The notes beneath the pieces were generated by a model that was given only the letters and a program-made list of their open reading frames with translations, made no database searches and was not told where the DNA came from. The translations under genes and the position numbers were made by a program. From a virus (Duplodnaviria > Caudoviricetes), in IMG/VR virus record IMGVR_UViG_3300037419_001059, positions 1-59,367 of that record: 59,367 nucleotides of DNA. The stretch is one strand, 5' to 3'. Position 1 is the first letter of the stretch; each line of letters starts with the position of its first letter. Shown one piece after another: positions 36,260-45,182 of this stretch.

Positions 36260-37240
36260 CTACTCCGCGTCGCTCTCTTCCGTCTTCAGCTCGGCGTTGA
36301 GCTTCAGCAGCCGCTTGCGGATCACATCGATGGCGCGGCGCACCTCCTCGCTCTCGGCGCCGGCCCGATCATCCGTGCCGTCGAGAACCTTGGTCAGCTT
36401 CTTGACCACGCCCTCCAGCTCGTCACGCTCGAACTCGGCGAGCGACCGCTCGTCTTCCTTCGGGCCGGGCTTCGACACCAGGACCTTGATGGCGTCCTGG
36501 GTCATCGGCTTGGTCTTTGCGTCGAGCTTGACCGCCTTGAGCTGCGCGCTCGCCACCGAGTACAGGCACTCGTAGGTGGACTTGCGCTCCGAGCGCGGGA
36601 TCTTCTCGTTGATGAACTCGCGCGCCTTGGCGAGGAACACCGGGGCGTTGCCCTTCCACTCGGCAGCGCCGAGGTTGGCGAAGGTGCGCAGCTTCGAGAC
36701 GTGAAACTTGTCGTTCTTCTCGGCGATGGAATCCGAAGTCTTATCGAGCCGGGCCGCGTCCATGCCCTCGCGATACTTGGCGAAGATCACCGCCACGTCC
36801 TCACTGCCGCGACCGGCCGAGATCACGCCGTCCTTAGCGGCCGAGCACACCAGCAGCGCCAGCTCGGCCATGGAGTTGGCGCCCTGCCCCTGCGTGGTGC
36901 CGAGGTCCTGCACCTCCTTCATCAGCTCGGCGATGCGCTCGTCCAGCACGCCGGAATTGTCACCCACGGTCGGGGTGCCAGTCGGGTTGTCCTTGGTCAC
37001 GTTGCCGACTGCCGGCATGTGGGGGGCTTTCTTGGCGGCAGCCTTGGGAGCAGCCGGGGCGGCGGAAGCCGGCGGGGGCGCGGCGGGCGTTGCGGCATTC
37101 TGGACCGGGGGTGAAGCGTTGGCGAGGGGAGCGCCGGCCGGCTGGGGCGGCGGGGCAGCGGGGGCAGCGGCGGGCGGCGGTGCAGCCGGGGCGAGGCCGG
37201 GAAGCGTGGCGGGGGCGCCACCGAAAGCATCGGTCTTCAT
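36260..37240 (-). CDS. Hypothetical protein with Pro/Ala-rich N-terminus
   Basis: 326 aa from ATG 37240. The RBS comes from palindrome variant 37248. Confidence 0.7.
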   Translation of the reverse strand: MKTDAFGGAPATLPGLAPAAPPPAAAPAAPPPQPAGAPLANASPPVQNAATPAAPPPASAAPAAPKAAAKKAPHMPAVGNVTKDNPTGTPTVGDNSGVLDERIAELMKEVQDLGTTQGQGANSMAELALLVCSAAKDGVISAGRGSEDVAVIFAKYREGMDAARLDKTSDSIAEKNDKFHVSKLRTFANLGAAEWKGNAPVFLAKAREFINEKIPRSERKSTYECLYSVASAQLKAVKLDAKTKPMTQDAIKVLVSKPGPKEDERSLAEFERDELEGVVKKLTKVLDGTDDRAGAESEEVRRAIDVIRKRLLKLNAELKTEESDAE

Positions 37241-37268
37241 CGTGGTATTGCTCCGTGGATCAACTCGA

Positions 37269-37571
37269 TTAGCGGGAAGCTGTGCGGCGGGGGGTCGTTC
37301 GCGGGGTTTTGCTCGGCACACAGTTATAGGCGGGCGCAATGATAGCGCAAGGCTCTAGCTTGGGTTTTTCGATGCTCCGTGGATCAATTTGGGGGAGAAC
37401 GCCCGGCCCCATCGGGCCGAGGTAGGTGAGCCCGCGCCAGACGCTGAAGCGGAACGCGCCGTCTTCAGCCACATGGCGGACGAACGAGAGGCCGGCACCG
37501 AACGCACCGCGCACCCAACGGGCGTCGCGGATGGCTTGGCGCAGGCCCGTGGGTGTGCGGAGGTAGAGCAT
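37269..37571 (-). CDS. Hypothetical protein
   Basis: ATG 37571 after AGGAG (MLYLRTPTG...). Confidence 0.5.
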   Translation of the reverse strand: MLYLRTPTGLRQAIRDARWVRGAFGAGLSFVRHVAEDGAFRFSVWRGLTYLGPMGPGVLPQIDPRSIEKPKLEPCAIIAPAYNCVPSKTPRTTPRRTASR

Positions 37572-37578
37572 CAGGCTC

Positions 37579-37902
37579 CTAGGGTTCGGGTGAATCGTTG
37601 CTTGTTTTACTACTGTCTTTGCGCGCGTCAGTCTTACTCGCGCCAGTCTTACGCACGGCAGGGCCAGACTTGAGTACGCCCCATACAATGTCTTTTGCCA
37701 TGGCCTCGACAGCCGGAGCGAACAACTTGCCTTCGCTCTGGCTCCACAAGTTCATGCGTGAAACTTCTAAGTATAGAGCGATCTCTTGCTCGGTCGCTTC
37801 CTTCAGCTCACGCTTCAGGCGCTCACGCCGCTCAACCACCTCGTCCACCTTAGCGACGTAGGCGGGCGGCAGGCCGGGGATTTTTGAACCCCACGATGTC
37901 AT
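37579..37902 (-). CDS. Putative HTH DNA-binding protein (repressor candidate)
   Basis: ATEQEIALYLEVSRMNLWSQSEG resembles an XRE-type HTH. GGAG RBS. Confidence 0.45.
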   Translation of the reverse strand: MTSWGSKIPGLPPAYVAKVDEVVERRERLKRELKEATEQEIALYLEVSRMNLWSQSEGKLFAPAVEAMAKDIVWGVLKSGPAVRKTGASKTDARKDSSKTSNDSPEP

Positions 37903-38117
37903 GCACACGCTCCGCTTTTAGATCAGCGCGTGCATCTCATCTGAGAGCCCGGCCGGTCAAGTGGATCAAAAGGGAATTGATCCAACTTGGCCGTTCCTAG
38001 GTTGGGTGCGATGGCACACAGTGCAAGAGCGTGCCTGAATAATTTACTTGACGGGCCAATATTGATTAGTGGTTGGGCACAGCCTGCGGTTGAGGCTGCG
38101 CCTTGTGGTTGTGTCAG

Positions 38118-38381
38118 TCAGCCCGGCAGGCTTGCCATGAACTCGGCGTGCGCGGCCTCCGTGTAAGGGCCGCGGTGGATGGTCAGCCGGCGACCAAGGC
38201 CGTCCACCTCATCGAAGGTTTTGGTTTCCGGGTTGTATGTGCACACCGGATATGTCGGGTGCTGCCGGACACCGCACTGCCACCGAACTACCTGTTCGGC
38301 TTCGGCCTTGGTCACAGGCTTCAGCGTGAGCACGGCACCCGGATCGGTGTGCAGCATGAGCACGTAGAACTTGGCGGTCAT
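38118..38381 (-). CDS. Hypothetical early protein
   Basis: ATG 38381 after AGGAG; palindrome variant 38396 lies upstream. Confidence 0.6.
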   Translation of the reverse strand: MTAKFYVLMLHTDPGAVLTLKPVTKAEAEQVVRWQCGVRQHPTYPVCTYNPETKTFDEVDGLGRRLTIHRGPYTEAAHAEFMASLPG

Positions 38382-38418
38382 GTGAATTGCTCCTGTTGAT
38401 CCGTGGACCAGGCGTGGG

Positions 38419-38688
38419 TTAGGCGACGCGGGGCCGGGCACCGCCGCCGGTTATGCTCACCCGCTGAAAGGCGAACGACACCACCCGCGACAGGCCGGCA
38501 GGCGTCGTGACCATGCGGGAGAGCTTCGCCTTGTTGTCGTCGTTGACCGCTTCGTACACGGCCAGGATCGCGCTGGCGGTCAGCGCGTCGATCAGCGTGC
38601 GGCGCTTGTTGCCGCCCCATCGGAAGTAGATCGGTGCAGCGCGAAGCGCCTCGATGGATGGTTCGCGTATGTCGAACTGCCGTGCCAT
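38419..38688 (-). CDS. Hypothetical early protein
   Basis: ATG 38688 with the RBS in palindrome variant 38694. IDALTASAILAVYEAVN motif. Confidence 0.65.
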   Translation of the reverse strand: MARQFDIREPSIEALRAAPIYFRWGGNKRRTLIDALTASAILAVYEAVNDDNKAKLSRMVTTPAGLSRVVSFAFQRVSITGGGARPRVA

Positions 38689-38716
38689 GTCAATTGCTCC
38701 GTGGATCAATCAAGGG

Positions 38717-38902
38717 TTACGCCCAAACCGCTTTGAGGTCGGTCACGTCGTACGACAGGGACTGCGCGGCGAAGCGGGCCACAGCATCCCGTGGGCTCGT
38801 GGCCGATGTCGTGGTGGCGAGGTAGCGCAGCGGGTTGTTGCGCCCCTGCTTGGCGTAGATGCGGATGGGCCGCATGCCGTGAGCACGCTTGCCGATGACC
38901 AT
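38717..38902 (-). CDS. Hypothetical early protein
   Basis: 61 aa, AGGAGG RBS. Confidence 0.6.
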   Translation of the reverse strand: MVIGKRAHGMRPIRIYAKQGRNNPLRYLATTTSATSPRDAVARFAAQSLSYDVTDLKAVWA

Positions 38903-38914
38903 GGGTGCCTCCTA

Positions 38915-39223
38915 TTATGCGACGTTGCGACGGCGCACGAGGCGCACGGTTGTTCCTTCGGGAAAGTAGACTTGGCAGCCGCCATCGCTGCGCGTCGTAT
39001 TGATTTCGAGATGGATGGGGCGCCAGCCTGTGGAGCGGCCAACCCAGAAGCGCGCCTTGTCCCCATCGGGATACGTCACCTCCACCCGATCACCTTCGTA
39101 CTGGCGCAGCGCCGGCACGAGTTGGGAGTAATCGGCCAGCACAAGGCGCTCGGTTTCCTTGAGGCGGCGCCACTTCTCATAGGTCATCCCAGTGAGTGCG
39201 CACTTGCGTTCGAGGTCCGTCAT
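38915..39223 (-). CDS. Hypothetical early protein
   Basis: 102 aa with the RBS in palindrome variant 39227. RFWVGRSTGW.P.HL motif. Confidence 0.65.
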   Translation of the reverse strand: MTDLERKCALTGMTYEKWRRLKETERLVLADYSQLVPALRQYEGDRVEVTYPDGDKARFWVGRSTGWRPIHLEINTTRSDGGCQVYFPEGTTVRLVRRRNVA

Positions 39224-39277
39224 GAATTGCTCCGTGGATCAATTGCCTACCAATACTAACCCGGCATACCGCTCCGC

Positions 39278-39520
39278 TCAGCGTGGCGACTTGACGAACC
39301 GCCGGGTCACAGGGTCACGCCACCGCTTCGTGCGTTGGCAGTAGAACGGCCCAGGCGCCTCGTGGGCGGCAGCCGATACCTTAGCGGGGCGTGGTAGCCG
39401 GATCGAGGCGAACGCCGCCACGGCAAAGCACAGGCCAACCACGGCCATGTGCAGCGTCGGCATCGCCGAGAGCGCACCGACAGGCGGCGTCGGGATGGGC
39501 GCGGTGTACATGAAGTGCAT
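39278..39520 (-). CDS. Small membrane protein
   Basis: One hydrophobic segment; GAGGAG RBS. Confidence 0.55.
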   Translation of the reverse strand: MHFMYTAPIPTPPVGALSAMPTLHMAVVGLCFAVAAFASIRLPRPAKVSAAAHEAPGPFYCQRTKRWRDPVTRRFVKSPR

Positions 39521-39532
39521 GGGTGTTGCTCC

Positions 39533-39784
39533 TCAAGAATGAACGTAGCCGTCCGTCTCAACTGCCAACCACATCCCGCACCACGGGATACACGCGCAGT
39601 CAAAGCACACGACAATCATCTTGCGGAATTGGCGGTAAGTCAGATCAGCTCGGCCCGGCTCGGCATCATAATTGTTGAACGCCATCGGGCTCACCCCGTC
39701 GCGTGGGCTGACGCCAGCGTACAACGGTGTCCTGTCGAACACTTCTTTGAACGTGACACGTTGGGCTCTCGTGGATGGGCGCAT
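39533..39784 (-). CDS. Hypothetical early protein
   Basis: ATG 39784 after AAGGAG. The leader CATGGGTGTTGCTCCT is duplicated at 39518 and 39782. Confidence 0.6.
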   Translation of the reverse strand: MRPSTRAQRVTFKEVFDRTPLYAGVSPRDGVSPMAFNNYDAEPGRADLTYRQFRKMIVVCFDCACIPWCGMWLAVETDGYVHS

Positions 39785-39826
39785 GGGTGTTGCTCCTTTG
39801 CCACTATTACGTAATAGATCCACGGA

Positions 39827-40183
39827 TCAATCGATCAGACGCGGCGGGCCGGCAACCTCGATACCCTTGGCGCGGATGGCGACTAGGCGCGGGTCTTCTA
39901 GCGCCTGCTCGTATGTGCCTTCGTGGGCGAAGCGAATGCGGTCAGGAGCCCAGGAGCGGCGTTCGACCAGCCAGTCCAGCAGCACACGCCAGTCCGCCCA
40001 GGTGGTCACGCACTGCGCATGGTCGTCAAAGTAGAAGGTCACAGCGTAGTGGCTCGGTCGGACAACCGAGATGTCCACGCGGATGGCTGTGACGTGGTGC
40101 CGGCGGGCATAGCGCAGCACCGGCCGCAAGCCTTCGCCCGTCATGAGCACGTTGCGGCACAGGTCAACGACACGGTGTTGCAT
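39827..40183 (-). CDS. Hypothetical early protein
   Basis: 118 aa. Its stop lies within palindrome 39815. Confidence 0.6.
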   Translation of the reverse strand: MQHRVVDLCRNVLMTGEGLRPVLRYARRHHVTAIRVDISVVRPSHYAVTFYFDDHAQCVTTWADWRVLLDWLVERRSWAPDRIRFAHEGTYEQALEDPRLVAIRAKGIEVAGPPRLID

Positions 40184-40195
40184 GGTCGGCAGTCC

Positions 40196-40372
40196 TTAGA
40201 GAATGGTCAGGAACGTTCCGTTGCGGTTGCTGATGTCCACCTCGAACCACACGTCGTTCGTGTAGACCTTCCGCATCTTGACCACGCGGTACACGTAGTG
40301 GCGGTGCGGATCGTAGGCGTCGATGAAGCGGCGCCGTGCCTTAGCGGCTGCGCGGATCGTGGTGAAGCGCAT
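40196..40372 (-). CDS. Small early protein (58 aa, not in ORF track)
   Basis: MRFTTIRAAAKARRRFIDAYDPHRHYVYRVVKMRKVYTNDVWFEVDISNRNGTFLTIL. AGGAGG RBS. Confidence 0.6.
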   Translation of the reverse strand: MRFTTIRAAAKARRRFIDAYDPHRHYVYRVVKMRKVYTNDVWFEVDISNRNGTFLTIL

Positions 40373-40384
40373 GGGTTCCTCCTG

Positions 40385-42100
40385 CTAGAGGCGAGGCGTT
40401 TTAGAGAATTGATACGCAAAACGCGGTTGGAACATTCAACCTGCACGGGGCTGGTTGAATGTTTGAACGGCGTCTGTGGCTTGCGAATATTCAGTTTGCG
40501 GATCGCGCTTTAATTAAATGCATAAAAGAGCAAGTTTTGAAACGAAGGGGGGTTACACGCCATCGGGCCGGCAAACAAATTCTTGCGCGCCGCAGCCTGA
40601 AGTTTCAGCCAGCCTTCCGCCGTTGTGCGGGCGCTCCCAACCCATTGCTCTTTTATATATTTAATTCTTTTACTTAAAGTAATATATATATAGGGATTGC
40701 CGTCTAAGTGCCCGGCAGGACAGCAGAATCTCGTTCTGCCGATCCGAAACGAACATAAATGTCACAACCTTCAGCGTGCAGCGTGCAAAAACGCCCCCCA
40801 TATTCGCGAGGCCAGAACGAACCGCCGGAAGGCATGTTCATTCTGAAAAACTTCACTGAACATGGACGCCGACAGATCCTCACATTCGGAACGCCGAACC
40901 GGCCCCCGAACCCTCTAAATGTTCATTTAAATGAATGCAGAATAATCATCTGCATCATCTATTTCTTGTATGCCAGGCGGTTTGCAAACTGAGTATTGCA
41001 CAAAAATTAGGCAATACTCAAAGTGCAGAATGAATAGTGAGCATTCCGAAGAATGAACACCTATTCATTCTGCATCTTACAAAACGTAGTTTGGCATAGC
41101 CGGACGGGGCTTCACCCGTTCTTGCCTTTGCGCATTCGCGCTTATCAGATCCGCCGGCGCGGAGCCCGCTCTGTTTTTAACGTCCCGAACAGCGGCCCTC
41201 GGACGTGGCGTAAACTCAGATAGGCGTGCCGTTGTTCGTGGCCCGAAGGCTTGACGACTTGGCGGCACTTCAACCCCTTGGCAATACCAGAGTATACTGC
41301 GGTATTTCTTCTCGCCCCGCACGGCCCTATCGGATCCCAACCCGAATAGAGGGATAGTTTTCATCCCAGCAAGCCGCTTCGCTGCGTCCTTTGGGGACGA
41401 TATAGGCGCCTAGCATCCACGTAGTCTTGTGGGTAGAGTGCGCCATAGCGGGGCGCCGTACCAAGCTTGCGATTGCCAAAGGTACGGACACGATCCGCGG
41501 CGGATTGCCGGGGGATAGGGTAGAGCGTAGCCAACCACGTCGTGAAGTTGATCTGCGGATCAATCACCCTCGCTATTCGGGTTCCTATGATCAGCAGGCT
41601 TCGCGGCGCAGCGGACTGCACACATCCTTCCAAAGCGTGGCAACCGTGTATCGAGGGATCGCACCCCTCAACCTTGCGGTCGCGCTTCGCCACTACCCTG
41701 CCAAGTCCCGGCCCAGCCAGTCACGGCTGAGAGTATCGGGTTGATGCCTAGGGGGTGCGGGCACGCCATCCGACACGCCCGGCCTTTCGCCGGTCACGAT
41801 CGAGATGAATCCCTATTGGTGTCTTCCGGGGATCAGCGGTTCAGGAGAGGAGATCTCCCTACACTAGAGGCGGCCGGTGGTAGAGAATTGATAGGGGGTG
41901 GCCCCCCTCCCCTAGGGTGGACCACGGGGGGTGGGCGGGGGGCGGGTGCTTTTATGGGTGGTTTGAAAATCTATATGAGGTCTAAACCCTTTCAGACTTC
42001 ATCTTGACATGTACCAACTAAACATAGATATTACGTAATACCCATCCACCGCAACCCGGCGCGGCCAACAAATTTGATCCACGGATCAAAAGGGAGCAAT
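40385..42100. other. Largely non-coding control region (AT-rich tract, hairpin cluster, G-run) at the transcription divergence
   Basis: AT-rich tract ~40650-40692, inverted repeats 40922-41074, G-run 41926-41946. Only weak ORFs (41077-41364, 41361-41693). Confidence 0.6.
42003..42040 (+). promoter_or_regulatory. Rightward promoter with TATTACGTAATA operator
   Basis: CTTGACA at 42003-42009 and the palindrome at 42029-42040, upstream of ORF 42104. Confidence 0.55.
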
Positions 42101-42103
42101 TAA

Positions 42104-42379
42104 ATGCAAAACGATGAGACGCCGCCCGAGCTGGTCGCCCTGCTCCGCACCATGGCCCGCGCCATCGACGGGATGCTCAACGGTCGCGACCCCGATTCGG
42201 CCATCGGCTTCGGGCTGTACGTGTTCGACCTGACGCCTGCCAACAGCGGACGCACGACGGTCAACTACATCTCGAACGTCGAGCGCGACGATATGGTCAA
42301 GGCCATGCAGGAGTGGGTCAACCACAACAAGGGTAAGGACGCCGCGCACGACCAGTCCGGCTTTGGCTCATTTAATTGA
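42104..42379 (+). CDS. Hypothetical protein
   Basis: 91 aa, GGGAG RBS, NYISN..R.D motif. Flanked by palindromes 42074 and 42376. Confidence 0.65.
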   Translation: MQNDETPPELVALLRTMARAIDGMLNGRDPDSAIGFGLYVFDLTPANSGRTTVNYISNVERDDMVKAMQEWVNHNKGKDAAHDQSGFGSFN

Positions 42380-42403
42380 TCCACGGACCACAGGAGAACC
42401 GCC

Positions 42404-42598
42404 ATGCTCGGGTTCGTCGCCATTGCCATCGTTTCGGCTGCCGTAGCGTTCGCCATTGGTCTCGCGTGCAAGCTGCCGCTCATCCTGCTCCTCCCCCTCG
42501 CCTGGGCCGGCGCGGGCATCGGCGTAACGCCGTACTTCTTCTTACTGCTGGTGCTGGAGTACCGGCCCCAGCGCGTCCGCCGTCGCAACCATAATTGA
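42404..42598 (+). CDS. Small membrane protein
   Basis: 64 aa, hydrophobic; AGGAG RBS. Confidence 0.55.
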   Translation: MLGFVAIAIVSAAVAFAIGLACKLPLILLLPLAWAGAGIGVTPYFFLLLVLEYRPQRVRRRNHN

Positions 42599-42610
42599 TC
42601 CGCGGATCAA

Positions 42611-42844
42611 ATGAGTATCGATCCTGACCGCCTGCACCGCGCCATGCTCCACATGGCGTACCTCGTGGAGCGCTACGGCAACAAATTCGCTCCCGAGTTC
42701 GAGCGGCTTGCCGATGCCTGGGAAGCGCTCCAGAGCCGCGACAGCCCCGCAGCCCGTGCCCGGCGCCTCCTGGCGGCCCACACCATCCCGCACGCGCCGC
42801 GCGACCTCTACACCCGTGACGGTGGCTTGAAGGCAATCCGCTGA
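42611..42844 (+). CDS. Hypothetical protein convergent with the integrase (possible directionality factor)
   Basis: 77 aa. ATG lies directly after palindrome 42595; overlaps the integrase 3' end. Confidence 0.45.
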   Translation: MSIDPDRLHRAMLHMAYLVERYGNKFAPEFERLADAWEALQSRDSPAARARRLLAAHTIPHAPRDLYTRDGGLKAIR

Positions 42845-44121
42845 AGCCATTCACGCTTATGCTTCAGCTCGTGCCCCAGGCCGTACCGGGGCCGGTGGAA
42901 CTTGTGCCCCATCAGCGTCGCGATCATCTTCTCGGGCGCTTCGACCTTCGACAGCCGGTCCTCGAACGTGTGCCGCAGCGAGTAGATCGTATGACCCTCG
43001 CTCGGCAGCAGGCCGTTCCCCTTCAGTACGTCGTTGATCAGCGCCGACAGGCTCGCCGCCTTGTCCCGGTAGCGCGGGAAGCCGTTGGGCTGGAGCTGCA
43101 TCGCCATCAGGGCGACGCCCACCAGCGGGATCTCCCGCTCGCTCTGCTCCGTCTTCATGCGCCTGCCGTCCGGCTTGACCTCGACGTAGGGCACCTCGGC
43201 CTTCAGGTGGATGCGGGCTGCCGTCAGGTTGCACGCCTCGCTCAGCCGCAGGCCGGTCTCGGCGATCAGGTACAGCACCCGCCGCGCCTCCGGGTTGAGC
43301 ATGTCGAGCGCCCCGTCCGCGAGCAGCACGTCCTGCACGTAGGCCGGCAGGAACGCCGTGCGCTGGCCGTAGGTCTCGCCGCGGATGCGCATCTCGGAGA
43401 AGATGGGGCCGAGCCCGATTCGCCGGGCGCGCTCCACCGCCTTCATCATGGTGTTGAGGTGGCCGATGTCCTTGTTGGCGGTTGCCGTCTCGATGCCCTC
43501 GCTGAGCACGCGGGTCTCCCACCACGCGCGGAAGTCCATGGCTTGGCTTCTGGTCACGTCGGCGAGCGGCCGGTCGCCCACCACGCCCAAAAAATTCGCC
43601 AGGGCGCGCTTCTTCGGGTTTGCCCATTTGCGCTGCTGGTCGGGCGACAGGTCCTTGTTGGCGGCCTTCATCAGCGATTCGTACTCGGTGAACAGCTCCG
43701 ACAGCATCAGCTTGGGCTCCGGCACCTTCCCGAACAGGGCGTCGGCCGCGCCCTCCTCGTGCTCGGGCGGCTGCTCCGCATGCTTCAGAGCCCGGTCTAC
43801 AAGCTCCTCCAGGGGCCGCTGGGCCAGCTCGTCGTCGCGCAGGTAGTCGAACCCGTAGCCGCGTGCCCGCACCCTGGCGGCGTCGTAGCGGGCCTGGGCG
43901 TCCTTGGACTGCCCGTCGAGCAGCGCCTTCCAGTACGCCTCCAGATCGGCGTTGATTCGGTCTGCCACCCGCTGCGCCCGGCTGCCACGGGGGTCGTCGG
44001 CGACGCGAATTTTTGTGGATTGCCGGACGAATTTTCGCGTGTCGAGCCCGGCGAGCGAGCCCGGCACCCGGCGGCTGAAATGCCAGATGCCGTCACGATT
44101 CAGCAGGTACTCCCCCGACAT
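42808..44121 (-). CDS. int: Tyrosine integrase (N-terminal DUF6538-like arm-binding domain)
   Basis: TGLRLSE, YSLRH, LMGH and RYG catalytic motifs; N-terminal WHFSRRVP. Confidence 0.9.
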   Translation of the reverse strand: MSGEYLLNRDGIWHFSRRVPGSLAGLDTRKFVRQSTKIRVADDPRGSRAQRVADRINADLEAYWKALLDGQSKDAQARYDAARVRARGYGFDYLRDDELAQRPLEELVDRALKHAEQPPEHEEGAADALFGKVPEPKLMLSELFTEYESLMKAANKDLSPDQQRKWANPKKRALANFLGVVGDRPLADVTRSQAMDFRAWWETRVLSEGIETATANKDIGHLNTMMKAVERARRIGLGPIFSEMRIRGETYGQRTAFLPAYVQDVLLADGALDMLNPEARRVLYLIAETGLRLSEACNLTAARIHLKAEVPYVEVKPDGRRMKTEQSEREIPLVGVALMAMQLQPNGFPRYRDKAASLSALINDVLKGNGLLPSEGHTIYSLRHTFEDRLSKVEAPEKMIATLMGHKFHRPRYGLGHELKHKREWLQRIAFKPPSRV

Positions 44122-44186
44122 CGTTTCCCCGTCCCCGGCCGCTCAAGCGGTATACGTCCTGGCCTGTTATCCCCAGGCGCGTATCA

Positions 44187-44408
44187 CGGTTTGTATACCG
44201 ATTTGTATCGCGATATGATGCCCGTCACCCTAGGGAAACGGGCAGTTTCGTGCAATTTCAGAGGCTTGGATGAATACCGCTGGCGGAGGGAGCGTCCGCC
44301 AATATCAGTCCGGTGCATCAAGTGCAGCCAATAAAATCAATGACTTAGACGGGGGCCGAAAAAATGTGTATGCGGAAATGTATATCGGTTTGTATACCGA
44401 TTTGTATC
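44187..44408. other. Putative attP
   Basis: Core TGGCGGA-GGGAGCG-TCCGCCA (44281-44301). 23-bp direct repeats at 44187-44209 and 44386-44408. IHF consensus AATCAATGACTTA at 44335-44347. Confidence 0.7.
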
Positions 44409-44462
44409 ACGCTACACAGGGCTGTCAGGGCCTTTTGGGCGGACCCTCTGGAAACCGAACCG

Positions 44463-44609
44463 ATGACCTTCCGGCAGTTGGTATTGATCCTCGGAGCAAT
44501 ATATCTTGGCCTGTTCCTGTGGCTGGCGTATCTGGTCTTGTCCGACGACGGCTACAGCGGTTTCGCGGACCTGAAAGCGGACGGCACTTGCTGCCGCGCC
44601 AGTAATTGA
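44463..44609 (+). CDS. Small membrane protein (48 aa)
   Basis: MTFRQLVLILGAIYLGLFLWLAYLVLS.... Its stop lies within palindrome variant 44606. Confidence 0.5.
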   Translation: MTFRQLVLILGAIYLGLFLWLAYLVLSDDGYSGFADLKADGTCCRASN

Positions 44610-45112
44610 TCCACAGAGCAGTAAGCCAACACGCCAGCATGCTCGGCGTTGGTGACGTGGTTTATCACGAAAGGTTATGGATCACTGAATGTTAACCACG
44701 ATAGCATGTTGCAGGATTACGACGGTATTGAAGTCGCTAGACCTGTTTCGATGTATCACGGAAACATACAATCTGTTGGCGCCCGTCGAGCGTAGCGATT
44801 CGGCTGTTAAGTCACATGGGAGGACGGTGTGGTGACGAAGTACTGTTGTAGTTTGACACATACAATGGCTTGTTGGACCCATACAATGCGAGCTAAGACC
44901 TTGAACGGTCGGCAAGGGGGGTGAAAAAAGCTTACGGTTCCGTGTATCTGTCGCTGGGTGGCGTAACCGACTGCTGCGCTGCTCGCGCACGTCGCAGCGC
45001 GAACTCAGACAATACCTGAACCGTCCGCAGGAGTGGCGGCCTCGCGGATAAAGTAAATGATCCACGGATCATGTTTCTGTCCACAGCGATCCACAACCAC
45101 GGGTCGAAGTTT

Positions 45113-45127
45113 GTTCATAGTTTGTTC
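45113..45127 (+). promoter_or_regulatory. Alphaproteobacterial LexA (SOS) box
   Basis: GTTC-ATAGTTT-GTTC matches GTTC-N7-GTTC, 55 bp upstream of ORF 45183. Confidence 0.6.
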
Positions 45128-45182
45128 TCATAGGCGTTCCGGCCTAGAACGGGAACAGACGCCTCTAGGGAGTCGGTAGGCG

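Noticed and set aside
41077-41693. ORFs 41077-41364 and 41361-41693
   Set aside because: An ATGA overlap hints they may be real, but there are no recognisable motifs or clear RBS, so they were not called.
44281-44301. Phage-encoded tRNA
   Set aside because: Only ~12 nt resemble a tRNA 3' end and no cloverleaf is present. Interpreted as the att core.
44630-45050. ORF 44682-45065 and CATACAAT triplet/long hairpin right of attP
   Set aside because: The ORF looks non-protein-like and the repeats are short. I cannot distinguish a decayed gene from extra arm sites or RNA structure.
44606-45100. Sites as DnaA boxes (TGATCCACA resembles the Caulobacter G-box)
   Set aside because: Only two copies (29791, 44606) match exactly, and the conserved dyad symmetry is not explained by DnaA. 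Kept only as a minor alternative.
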